In this document: positions 26,274-38,531 of the stretch, in pieces
How positions within the stretch are numbered: position 1 is the stretch's first letter
How the letters are laid out: the number at the start of each line of letters is the position of its first letter
From: Antedon mediterranea
Lineage: Eukaryota > Animalia > Echinodermata
Length of the DNA: 64,000 bases
Assembly (NCBI RefSeq): GCF_964355755.1
Contig: NC_092672.1
Location: forward strand, 15,872,001-15,936,000
Reading direction: 5' to 3'
Position numbers and translations under genes: made by a program
The notes under the pieces: model-generated
The model's database searches: none
Told to the model about the DNA's origin: nothing
What the model saw: only the letters and a program-made list of their open reading frames with translations

Positions 26274-27446
26274 CAGTGGTGGCGCCAGCGGGGAGGCTAC
26301 GGGGGATGTAGCCCCCTCGTCGGAGAGCCTAGCCCCTACGTCGGGGAACGCGAGTACTTTTCGTCGGGGAATATAATATAAAGTAAAAATCATTCGCTTC
26401 AGTGACTAGAAAACTGCGAAGTTCCATTTTTGTTAAGTACGTCGGAGGGCTATTACACTTTATTATGCATGCATAATAGATATGCACTTGTCTGGCGGTG
26501 TCCCTTTGTACGAATCGTTTAACATTGGGCCCGGCCCATTGCGGTTTACGCGTGATATCATGTTCCACCCAGGGACCAGAATGTGTACTGTAGTTACTTT
26601 CCAGGCGAAGTTTACTGACGCGTTACGTCGTGTACTGTGTATCTACAGCAAAAGGGTACGAATTATCTTCGCGATCTATTTTATTGTTCGTATGTTCAAT
26701 TTTTTAATTTACGATTACCGTGGGGTACCTGAACCTGAAATAGACGTTTTTCACTGTAGGCTCGGCCTACATTACTAAACAAAAAACATGCCATTTTCGT
26801 TTAGCCAACATCTTATTATAGCTAAGTTACTACATTTCCAATGTCCTGTATGTCATGAACTGCTCGTACATCGAAATTCCAGATTCACATCTGGGAAATA
26901 AACTGATTTCCCCGACGGAAAATGGTCTACGCTTGTGGACGCATTCCCCTCCAAATAAAATGTAAAAAGGGTAACTTGTTTAGGTCTCTATGTCTGAATT
27001 TTTTTAAAGTATAGGTGTAATTTTTGAAGACCTGCATCTCTAGTTTTGAAAATTGTCTTAGCTCAACCGTCCCCAATTATAGAGCTGGTCATGTATACTT
27101 ACCGTACATTTTGTTTCATATTTCGATGTACAATATACAGTCAGTGCATTGAACCTAGAGCTCTATTTTTTCAATTTTTTTTATATCCATGGTAGGGCTG
27201 GTTCTGGAGACGTACCGGTATATATCTTGTTTTACGCTTCGAAGTATAATAAGTTAAATTTCCGGGACCTAGCAACTCTATTTTTCAGAATGTTCTTAGC
27301 TCCACCCCAACCATGTTGGGCTGGACCTATAATTTTGTTTCATATTTCAATGTTTTGCAGGGGACCTAGCAGCTCTATTTTGACCATTTTCTTAGCTCTG
27401 GTTCTGTAGACTTATAATTTCGTTTCGTTTGTTTGTTTGTTTTATT

Positions 27447-27757
27447 ATAATAATAATAATAATACCACATTTATATAGCGCCCTTTTCATGAGTAATCAT
27501 GCTCAAAGGCGCTTTACAAGCATTATTACCCCAGTATTTTTTTGGGATCAAACACGTATGGAAACATACTCCCATAATGCAGCCGGTAACCAGCGCAAAG
27601 TTGTGTCTAGATCTAACTGGGTACCCATTTATACACCTGGGTGGAGAGAGGCAACGTAAGTAAAGTATCTTGCCTACGGATACAAGCAATGCGGCGAGAG
27701 TTGGATTTGAACCTGACGATCGGTAGTCCAACGTCCTACACACTGCGCCACACGCCC
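27447..27757 (-). mobile_element. tRNA-derived SINE with CORE-like body and L2-type tail
   Basis: Box A TGGCGCAGTGTG, box B GGTTCAAATCC; GGCAAGATACTTTAC..CCACCCAGGTGTATAAATGGGTACC; tail GTAAAGCGCCTTTGAG..GCGCTATATAAAT(TAT)n. Confidence 0.82.
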
Positions 27758-28057
27758 TTTATCTTTATACTGGGTGACCTCTTCAGTCAAAGACTGATCT
27801 CCCAGAGGGCCCAGTTGGTGATCAGTGGCTGTGATGTACTACTACACCGGGGTAACCCCCTACTCGTCTCGAAAGATGTACTAGGTTCTTTAAAGTGCAC
27901 ACGAGCAAGTTGTGTACACTGGACCTACGGTTTATAATCCTCATCCGAAAAGACTCGTTCTACCACCAGAACCATGGAGTGAGTGAGCCTCGAACCCCTG
28001 CCGATGTTATGGCTACGTGATTACGGTTCCACTGTCTTAACCGCTCGGCCACTCACT
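27758..28057 (-). mobile_element. tRNA-derived SINE with Deu/Nin-like central domain
   Basis: Box A TGGCCGAGCGG, box B GGTTCGAGGC; TTCGGATGAGGATTATAAACCGTAGGTCC..GAGTAGGGGGTTACCCCGGTGT resembles the Deu/Nin consensus as I recall it. Confidence 0.75.
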
Positions 28058-28559
28058 CATTTCATTTATTAATATGGGCCTATATAAGTGCAATTTCCAG
28101 GTACCTAGCAGGTCTATTTTTCACAATTTTCTTAGCAGCTCAACCCTAATGGTAAGGCTGGTCCTGGAGCCTTATATATTTTGTTTCTTTTTTTCGAAAT
28201 ACTATAATCCGATATCCAGGGGACCTAACAACTCTAGTTGTTTAAATGTCCTTAGCTCCATCTCAACCTCGGTGGGCTTGTTCTCTGATAGACTTGTAAT
28301 TTCGTTTTATATATCAATGTATAATTGCAATTTCCGGGGACCTAGCAGCTCTATTTTTCAAAATTTTCTTACAGATCAGACCATGGATATCTCGCGCATT
28401 TACAATTTTCGCACCCCCAGACAGCAACCTGCCTACGTCTCTGCGATTATAACGATATACCTCTTGGCCCGTGGGTAGGTTTTACGTTCGCGTATATTTT
28501 CTAGGATAGGCATATTGAACTTTAAAAACTTCATTTTTAAATTTGAAAGAATGGATTTA

Positions 28560-30765
28560 CACAGTCATCGTCGAGACGCAATCAAAAATATCTGATTTGC
28601 TGTGAATGTCATCACATATTTCATATCAAGTGCATATCTATGAGCAGCGATAGTTATGTGTTTTATCAAGATAATCCATGGGCGTGTAACATCTGCTCCC
28701 TACCACAACTATCGGACTCATTTTTTGACAACTCATTGAACAATAACAACAGTATATTGTCACTTGCATCCAGCAATACATCAACTGATTCTTCCATCTT
28801 TGAAACTAACCTTATTCAAGTTGCTTTATTTAACGCCAGAAGTGTGGTGAATAAGATCGAAGAATTCCATGCGCGTATCGCAATTGATGAATTGGACATC
28901 TTGATTGTCACAGAAACGTGGCTGGACTCCTCTTTTGATAGTACGGAACTGTTTCCAGACTCATTCGTTGTGTACAGAAAAGACCGTTCAAGACACGGTG
29001 GTGGTGTTCTGTTAGCTTTGAAGAACGCATTTAAATCCTCTATTGTTGACTTTCCTACTAACATTGAGGTCAAAATTATTGAAATAACTGTAAATAACAA
29101 TTTTAACGTTTTAATATGTGCTGTTTATAGGCCACCGAGTTCAAATGACGATTGACTCAATCAATTCCACGATGTCGTTGATTTTATCCTTTCTATTTTA
29201 CATAAGTACTGTGGTGTAATTTTAACTGGTGATTTTAATTATGATTACGGTGTTGATAGTCCCTTAGTTTATAAGAAATTTAAAGAAATTATTGCTCCAC
29301 TTGATACTATACAATTTGTTGATTTTTTTACTCGTGTATCTAACACCAAAAGTAGCATTATTGATCTGGTCTTGTGCAATAACCCTGACATTGTACGTAA
29401 TTTCAGAAGTCATCCCGGTCTCAGTACAAGTGACCACCTTGGGGTTTATTTTAATATTAACGCTAGATGCAGTAAAGTTAAACCTGTAGATAGATATTAT
29501 TATCAATATAGTAAATATGACCATGACGATCTTTTTACAACGTTGGGGGCGGTTCCTTGGGGACTGTGCCTGGAACAATCAGACTGTGAGGAAATGTGGG
29601 AAAATTTTAAAGACCTCTTTCTCGCCACTATCAACGATTGTATCCCTAAAGTCAAAAGTAAAAAAAGAAACAGGCCAGCTTGGATAACTCAAGAAATGGT
29701 TACCATGGCTCGTAAAAAGAAACGAATGCTAAAAGAGGCTCATCGTCATCCTCATAACCCAAATAAGATGGACAAATATAGAAAGTTTAGTAATAAATTA
29801 AGAAACCTAACAAAAAAAGCTCATTTACAATATATTAGGAAATTAAGTGTCGCCTGTGTAAATGGTGACTCCAAACGTTTTTTTAGTTATGTTAAGACAA
29901 GGCGTAAGACTGGACAAGTCAAAAACTTTGTTTTTAATGGTATACCCTTGGTTTCCGATATCGATGCGGTAAATGCATTTTCCACATTCTTTGCGTCAAA
30001 CTTTAACGAACCTAATCGTAATTTCAATGTTAACCATGAGATCTGTAATTGTGTTCACCCAGATATTGTTCCCCTTAATAACATTAATATTACTGAAAAA
30101 ACTATTTTCGGGGCTCTATTGTCATTGAAACCCAACAAATCCCCTGGACCAGACGGGATTACACCTAAAATGTTATCCATGTCAGCTCCAATTATTGCCC
30201 CAGTGTTGTGCAAAATGTTTAACAAGTTCTTAACGGATGGCTTTGTACCAAAAGATTGGAAACTCGCGAATGTCACTCCTATTTTTAAGTCAGGTAATCG
30301 TAACGATGTTAATAATTATCGACCCATATCGCTATGTTCTATTATAGGTAAGGTTTTTGAACGTATTATAGCAGATAACATTCTTTTTCATCAGTCCCAC
30401 GCAACACGGGTTTTATCCAGGTAGATCGTGTATTACACAGGCCTCAGCGTTATATCATGATTGGTCACAAACAATGGATGTTAGACAACCTCCTGTAATT
30501 GATGCAATATTCCTTGATTGGGAGAAGGCCTTTGACCGTGTTCCCCATGATTTAGTAATCAAGAAACTGCACAACATGGGAGTATGTGGATCTCCCCTAA
30601 AGTGTCTTCACTCCTTTCTCAGTGACAGATTCCAACGTGTTGTTCTTAATAAGGAGCATTCTGATTGGGATAGAGTGGGCTCGGGTGTTCCTCAGGGATC
30701 AGTGTTAGGCCCGCTTCTATTTAATCTCTTTGTTTATGACCTACCTCTAAATACCTCTTCTGTTC
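28560..30765 (+). mobile_element. CR1-clade LINE ORF2 (PHD finger, APE endonuclease, partial RT), 3'-truncated and decayed
   Basis: CCECHHIFHIKC..WACNIC; LFNARSVVNK..IVTETWL..VYRPP; KSPGPDGI..YRPISL; FLDWEKAFD..GVPQGSVLGPLLF. Confidence 0.92.
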
Positions 30766-31944
30766 GGAATCCCCCGACGGGGGAGGGGGGGGGGGCGTAC
30801 GCGCGAAAGAGGGGGTGGGTTTGGGAGGGGGAGATGGTTCTCGAATACACAGTAATTTCAGCGTAAAAAAACTGGCGATTTCAAATGTACTATACATACA
30901 TTGTCGTTTTCAGAAACGAATAAATAGACACGATGATTAATGTAGTCAACTAAAATTAGCACACTGGGAATTAGGCCTACTTCCAAAGGAGAAACTTGTC
31001 TTAAAATGAGTCCAAAAAACTAAAACTGTGGCTGTATAGTCGATTAAAATAGTAAAGTACATGTAATGATACACCACTACGACGTTTATATTTTTTATAA
31101 TTACTAATTAATACAATAAACAGTAACCACATTCACAGTAAGAAAATTTTGATTCAAATGGCGACCAAAAATGGTTCGTACAGTATTTACAATATTGTCA
31201 AAGTATTGCAATGCTATATCTCAGTTTTAAGTTTATTCTCAAAGGGCCCATAAATGTACATACTTGTGTTAAACCATGGAGGGCTCATAAATTTACCTAC
31301 AAACTGGGAGTCTGAGAGATTGGAATGTTCCATTCATCGAAAATCAATACATTTGTATAAACGTATATTAAATCTATCAAAATAGTATTTTTTTAAGAAA
31401 ATCGGCCTGTCTTCAACATTATGATAACTCAATGTAATTTAGTATACAATGATTGCCGTAATCGCCGTGTCTATAACACAAATCAATAGAATGGCAAATA
31501 CGCCACACACGTTTTTTCGGCCGTGTACATAGAACAAGACATTTCATGTTTATGTTATGCCTATGAAATAATAATAAGAGCTTTCCCCGGTCCTGTTCCT
31601 CCCCCCTCCCGGCCCCCACTGGCGCCACCACTGGTTCGTATGTTAATACACTGTGCTCCAGTTGATTCAATTTGGCGCCAGTGGAGCACAGCGAAATAGT
31701 CACACACAAACAAATTAGTTTCAAACCACATCAGTGCTTTTAATAACTTGCGTTTAATACTTATGAAAGAACATACAATTCCAAAACATGTTTTTAAACT
31801 TTAGCGATTAAATAAAAAACCTATGTTAAAAATATGAATTATGTTGTAACATTTTGAACGTGTAGTAACCTATTGAACGTATACTACCAACTTTCAAATG
31901 TGTAGGACAATTATTATATGACGATCAAAATTTAAAGTTTAAAA

Positions 31945-32150
31945 AGTGTGTTGGAATTTTATGTTCTATCATAAATATACATTTTAAACGAACGAAAATT
32001 ACTAAAATCACTAATATCGCCTGAAACGAATTTTTCTTTTGCATCACGGATGGAGTAACCGATATTGATATTATATACCAAGTTAAAAAATTGTTTGTAT
32101 GTGACTATTTCCCTGTGCTCCACAGGCGCCAAATTGGATCCATTGGAGCA
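31945..32150 (+). repeat. Forward arm of the 97-bp-repeat element (resumes at 34305-34451 and 36396-36620)
   Basis: Matches 20648-20880 directly and 31640-31800 in inverted orientation. Confidence 0.8.
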
Positions 32151-32154
32151 TTAA

Positions 32155-33790
32155 GAGCCATTGTCTGTAACAATCAAAGATTTGGTGGCAGATGTAAAAA
32201 ATGGATTTCTCTCAAATTTTTACCATGAATAGACAATTCAATAAAAAGCATATCTACAACATTCATTTTAATTTTTAGCCTTTGTTGCCGGTCAATTATC
32301 CAAATTTTGATGTTTTTGCCATTTTTCACAGATTTTCTATAGTGAAAAAGAACTTGTATACTTATTTTAAACAAAAATACTTACAGTATACAGTTTTTGT
32401 TTATATCAGTGTAAACAACTAAGTATTGAGTTCCATTTAATGTAGAAAAAAAAATTTACAAAATGGAGTTTGGTTGATACCATTTAAAAAGGGGTGTTTA
32501 AAAAAAAATATTTTTTTTATAAAAGTATATATACCTCATAAACGTACCTATAACTTCCAAAGCGGTATTTTTATATCAATGAGGTTTTGTAATGGGATAG
32601 TCAATAGGATTTTCAACAATAATCAAGAAAAAAAATGGGGTAAATTTCGTACATAGGTTTTGTGTTGCCAGGAAAAATACAAAAAAAATACAAACAAAAT
32701 AACAACAAACAAAACACATGAAAGAAAATTTAAATATGGCTAATCCAATAATAAAATGTATATTTGGCTTGTCATAATGCTACTAGAGTCATACGAATAG
32801 TTTAGATAAAATACGAGAATGTGTTGCCAGGTTTATTTCAATTAATTGCCAGAAAAACAGTATTTTGCATTGAAATATTTAGTTGATGGAATATAACGTT
32901 AAACTTTGAAATAATTGCCTCCAGGTTTTTTTTTTATTTTGACATCTATTTTTTGTAAAGAGATACAGAAAGACGTCCCAAAAATCTGAACTTGTAAATA
33001 GGTCATTTGAGGTCAAAAGGGGTCAGAATGCAAAACAGGACAGGTACCACTTTAGTTCAACTATTAATGTTTTATCAAAATTTACAAGATAGTTCATAAC
33101 AATTTTCAAGAAATTTTATTTTTCACCTATAGTTTTACCTTAGCAACCATTTCTATGTATAACTAAGGAAAGTAACTTAAAAAAGAAAATCACGTTGTTA
33201 TGAATACAAAGAATTTATTGCATTTGTACTTTTTCTCAATTCTAATAATCATAAAGAGATGACAAACTTGACCTTGGAAATTAATTCATTTTGAGGTCAA
33301 ATGAGGTCAACATTTTACCATAGTAACTGTTTCTATGCGAAAATATTTTAAAATTAAGGGTTTTCATAAATACTACTTAGTTTTACATTTCTACTTTTTC
33401 CCAAATTTACTTTAAATACTGAATCTTGACAAATCTGAATAAAGGTAAAAAATTGACCTTTAGTGTTATCTTAAACCTGTTTCTATATATAACTAAGGAT
33501 AATTTAAAAAAAAAATAAAATGACATCAAAATTTTACCTATAGTGTATTTTAGCAACTCTTTCTATGCGTTACTAAGTTTTTTTATTACGGCGTTTCATG
33601 ACTACAAACAATTGATTACATAGCTTTCTAATTTTTCCCAAATTTACGTATCTACTGAATCCCAAAAATCACAGAAAAAGTCTGATCTTGTGAAAGGGTC
33701 ATTTGTGGGTCAAATTATGTGAAAATGTATTATTCATGTTATTTTAGAACCTGTTTCTATGCGTAACTAAGGATAATTTTTTATATATAG
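32155..33790. mobile_element. Unclassified DNA-transposon-like insertion with degenerate internal repeats
   Basis: Interrupts a 97-bp unit at TTAA|GAG; TTTCTATGCGTAACTAAG and TTGAGGTCAAA motifs recur; right end not identified. Confidence 0.35.
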
Positions 33791-33898
33791 TTTTTTAAAA
33801 AAGAACCTTCCGTAACCCTCGGGACCTGGAAAAGTGGCCGCTTACGGGAGGTTCTGCCGATAAAGGGCCAACATCACGTATTATGGCTATGCACGATA

Positions 33899-34300
33899 TT
33901 GTCAGTGTTCTTAACCCAACGAGCCTCTCAATTTTCCAGAACTGATATGTTTAGTGCCTCTGGAGCACAAGAAAAATGTACAAAATTTTATGATACCCTC
34001 CAGGATTCTATTGATGCGTTCTTCCCGAAACGTGTTGTGAAACGTCATCCGACTGACATACCTAAAAGGTATGTCTTCTGCTGAGTGGCATAAACACATT
34101 CGTACCCTCTCGGGGCGATGTAAACAAAGAGATATCGTGTTGGATAACGCTGAAATTGTGGACTCAAAAGTTATTGCTGATAGTGTTTGTGCTCATCTGA
34201 CCAATGTCAATGATTCACTTGAGGCTTTAGACAGACAGATATTACCAGCCTTTCTTCCATCGAATAAACCTCAACAATTAGAGCATTGGGAAGTCTTAAC
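33899..34300 (+). mobile_element. LINE ORF2 internal fragment (EN-RT linker)
   Basis: FYDTLQDSIDAFFPKRVVKRHPTD; WHKHIRTLSG..LPAFLPS. Confidence 0.6.
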
Positions 34301-34451
34301 ATTCAAAACATTCAGTGACTAATTATTTGTATTTTATCACTGTGCTCCACTGACGGCAAATTGAGTCCACTTGAGCACAGTGTATTAAAATACGAAAATA
34401 TAATTATTAACATTCAGTGACTTATTTCTATTTTATATCACTGTGCTCCAC

Positions 34452-36395
34452 TATGGAACGCCTCCTCTGCCTTCAGTTCATATTTGTCAGTACACACCAA
34501 TCGTCATGCAGTACATACCAATGGTCATGCAGTACACACCAATCGTCATGCAGTACACACCAAACATCATGCAGTACACACCAATCGTCATGCAGTACAC
34601 ACCAAACGTCATGCAGTACACACAAATTGTCATGCAGTACACACCAATCGTCATTCAGTACACACCAAACATCATGCAGTACACACCAATGGTCATGCAG
34701 TCGTGCATGCAGTACACACCAATGGTCATGCAGTACACACCAATCGTCATGCAGTACACACTAATCGTCATGCAGTACACACCAATCGTCATGCAGTACA
34801 CACCAATCGTCATGCAGTGAAATATTGCGTAATTTATACTGCCAACTATCAACAAAATCGAATATCACGTGACGTTTATTAGACGGCTGTAAAACTAAGG
34901 CCATCGATTTTTCTTTTTCTTTTATGCTTGACATACTGTACTTATTTTAACCACTACACATATCTGTAAGGCCCTGTTTCTGCTGCCAAGAAAATACCGT
35001 ATTTTATACGGTATTTTTTTAATATGTGTAGATGTGTACTGCATATATAAATCTGTGTGGGGAGGGAGGGGGAGGGGATGGGAAGAAGAGGATGGGGAAG
35101 GAGGGGTGGGGAAGGAGGGGATGGGGAAGCTAAAATTTCCGGCCAACTAAAAGGTAATAAAAGGGACAACCACATTTATAAAGACATTTCTAAAAAAATA
35201 AAGCAGGAGTACGGAATAGACTTGTCTCCAAAGCAAGTAAATTCAAAGCTGAAGAGCCTGCGAAAGCAGTAAAAGATTGTAAAAGACAATAACTCAGGAA
35301 GGGAACGAATTACTTGTCCTCATTACGATGTTTTCTGTGCTCTCACAACATCTCTATCACTAGGGCTAGGCTGTTGAAATTGAGACGTAAAACTTCCTTT
35401 ATTGCGACTTTTAATTATCGACCAAATAAATGAATGGCAATTTGGGTAAAAAGGATGAAATTTAACACGACCACCAAAGAAGTATTGTTAGCAGAAACGG
35501 GGTACTAAAAAATACGGTATAAAAAATACCGTATTTTTATACCGTATTTTGAGCAGTTGTTGCAGCAGAAACAGGCCCTAAATGCTCTGTTTTTTTATAT
35601 ATACAATTAATTTATTATGCGAGACACAGGCGCGGCTAGGAGGCCATTGCAATTATTGAATTCCATAAAAGAAGTTTAAATAGTCTTAGTTTTACAGCCG
35701 TCTAATAAACGTCACGTGATATTCGATTTTGTCGATAGGTGGCGGTATAAATTACGCAATATTTCACTGCATGACGATTGGTAAATACGGAATGACGATT
35801 GGTGTGTACTGCATGACGATTGGTGTGTACTGCATGACCATTGGTGTGTACTGCATGCACGACTGCATGACCATTGGTGTGTACTGCATGATGTTTGGTG
35901 TGTACTGCATGACGATTGGTGTGTACTGCATGATGTTTGGTGTGTACTGCATGACGTTTGGTGTGTACTGCATGACGATTGGTGTGTACTGCATGATGTT
36001 TGGTGTGTAGGCTACTGCATGACCATTGGTATGTACTGCATGACGATTGGTGTGTACTGCATGACGATTGGTGTGTACTGCATGATAAATGTGAACTGAA
36101 GGCAGAGGAGGCGTTCCATAGTATGTGTACTGCATGCACGACTGCATGACCATGGGTGTGTACTGCATGATGTTTGGTGTGTACTGCATGACGATTGGTG
36201 TGTACTGCATGATGTTTGGTGTGTACTGCATGACGTTTGGTGTGTACTGCATGACGATTGGTGTGTACTGCATGATGTTTGGTGTGTACTGCATGACGAT
36301 TGGTGTGTACTGCATGACCATTGGTGTGTACTGCATGGCGATTGGTGTGTACTGCATAGATAAATGTGAACTGAAGGCAGAGGAGGCGTTCCATA
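34452..36395. mobile_element. IS3EU-type foldback MITE with long TIRs built from 21-bp tandem repeats
   Basis: Termini TATGGAACGCCTCCTCTGCCTTCAGTTCA / reverse complement; exact 6-bp TSD CTCCAC (34446-51, 36396-401); unit AGTACACACCAATCGTCATGC. Confidence 0.85.
34970..35578 (+). mobile_element. Harbinger-derived MITE with Myb/SANT fragment
   Basis: TAA TSD; TIR GGCCCTGTTTCTGCTGC / GCAGCAGAAACAGGCCC; IYKDISKKIKQEYGIDLSPKQVNSKLKSLRKQ*..GRERITCPHYD. Confidence 0.82.
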
Positions 36396-36628
36396 CTCCA
36401 CTGGCGCCAAATTGGGTCCTCTTGAGCACAGTGTATTAACATACGAAAAGATATTAAAATGAGTGACTTATTTCTATATTATATCACTGTGCTCCACCGG
36501 AGCTAAATTTGGTCCACTGGACCAGTTACCGTAGTACTATTTCTATTTCGGAAGGCATAAATGGCGCTCCGTAGAAGTAGAGAATGCGCCAGTCGTCAGA
36601 ATGACGCTCTGAATATACCTCAAGCAAG

Positions 36629-36701
36629 ATGGCAGCTTACAGAGAAGTCCTTACTGCCCGTTTTCCTCTGATAGACCATGACCTTTTAGAATATGTTACA
36701 G
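36629..36701 (+). CDS. ABCF3: ATP-binding cassette subfamily F member 3, coding exon 1
   Basis: MAAYREVLTARFPLIDHDLLEYVT-G, donor GTAATT; spliced product matches the ABCF3/Gcn20 N-terminus. Confidence 0.92.
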
Positions 36702-37267
36702 GTAATTCAAAGTTCATTCAATTCAATTGCAAAGGTATTCTTTTTTTTGTCTCAAGCGATTAAATACAATAAGATTAAGAACAAACACATAAACCCTAGA
36801 GGCCTAGGCTAGCCTAGGCTAGGCCTATTTGGATTTATAGGGCCTACTAGGCTCTAGCTAGGCCTAGGCCTAGTAGCTAGGGGGCTAGGCCTAGGGCCAG
36901 GCTAGGCAATAGTATAACATATGATATCTCGTTGATACTATATGTTATGTTCGGGACTCCGACAATGAATATAAACACTTCAAATATAGTGGTTTTGGAG
37001 GACTTTATTCTCACTGAACATTTTATGACTGCATGTGCTCTATTTTATCTATCTTCTTCTGCCGCCCTCTATCGGACGTTATGTCATGATGTGTATTGGA
37101 GGGTTACATTATACCCCCTCTCACTGAGAAGTGTCCCACTTCTTCAAATTATAGAATAATTATTATTCGGAACATTAAATTAGTATTTAGAAATCTGTTT
37201 AGAAATATTATGAATAGTTTTATAGGTTATTGTAGGAATTGTATAAATATCATCAAGTGGACATCTA

Positions 37268-37591
37268 CAGTAGAACCTTCATTTTACGTACGGTACGGGA
37301 CCAGAAGGCGTACGTAAAACAAGGGATTCGTAAAATCGAGGTTGACCTTAAATTGTCCCCAAATACGTAGCTATAAAGGCTACCGTGTTTGCCTACTTTA
37401 CTGTACAGCTTGCAGGTGGTCACTAGCTAGGCCTTGCCTACTAGACTATTCAGGCCAGGCTAGCAGGCCTAGCAAGATATGAGGCCTAACTAGAAAAGTA
37501 CAGTATATACTGATGACGTCATCGGTTATTTTAAGCGTACGTAAAATCAAGGGAACATAAAATCAGGGTACGTAAAATACAGGTTCTACTG
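37268..37591. mobile_element. Tc1/pogo-type MITE
   Basis: TA TSD; TIR CAGTAGAACCT..ATTTTACGTAC. Confidence 0.82.
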
Positions 37592-38531
37592 TATCTGTAT
37601 TCTCGTCAAAGGATTGGTAATTGGTAAACGTGTTTGGTAGGTGTGGTGATTGGTAAATTGGTAACTTGATTGGTAGGTTACTTGGTAACATCTGATTGGT
37701 CTCAATCTAAAATAAAATTCTCTCCACCAAATATACAATCCCCAAAAAAAAAATCTATCACTCTCTGCAACAATAAAAATAAAACTCCAACCATATAATA
37801 TACGAAAAGCGTACATCAGCACTTCTATCTGCAACATGAACTGAATACCAAACAAGCATTCATTCAAACTCATTCTCTGCAACAATAAAAGTAAAACTCC
37901 AACCATATTACAGGGCTGCAAATTAACTTTTTCACTTGGTAGCACTATCAAATTTTTATGATGGCTCATAATAATTTTTGGTAGCACCACCAATTTTTTT
38001 AGTAGCACCTGTTCATCGACAACTTACCCCCTTCCCTCAAAACCCCATCCACGCAGATCCGTTTTTAGTTTAGTGGTGAGGGAGGTGTATAAAAATGAAC
38101 GTATCCTACAATGTACAAACTTGTATTTATGTATTGTTTATGATAATTATCTACGCGTCGATCGTAGGGTGGTTCGTAGGGTTAGTAATTTGTAAACACT
38201 AATGACGTCATCGCCTTTAGAAGCATGAACAATGGAAACAAACGATGTAGGTTGGTTGTATTGTTGGCTAATTAAATTCCTAGAAGACATCAATTTTTGT
38301 AGCCGCCCTACACATCGGTTGTCCTAATTTGGCAGGACATCCGCGGACGAGACGACATCGGGCCCAAGGCCCTCAGCTCATGCAGAGAGAGTTTCGGCGT
38401 CCTACACTATATAAATGATTTAATCCTACCTTGGATTAGCGAATTATAAAAACGACACCTAGGCTAGGAGGACACCAACCAAATGCAAAATAAATATATA
38501 TTCCGTGTTAAGATTTTGTAAATTAATATTA

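Larger units (their letters stand above)
26274..31633. mobile_element. hAT-like non-autonomous element carrying SINE and LINE insertions
   Basis: TIR CAGTGGTGGCGCCAG / CTGGCGCCACCACTG; internal degenerate GACCTAGCAGCTCTATTTT repeats at 27000-27430 and 28070-28370; no matching TSD. Confidence 0.65.

Noticed and set aside
27690-28057. tRNA genes
   Set aside because: Box A/B are followed by SINE bodies and tails, with no complete cloverleaf
34417-36442. Long repetitive ORFs (HAVHTNR / MQYTPIV / CSTHQSS)
   Set aside because: Artefacts of a stop-free 21-bp tandem repeat that is open in several frames inside MITE TIRs
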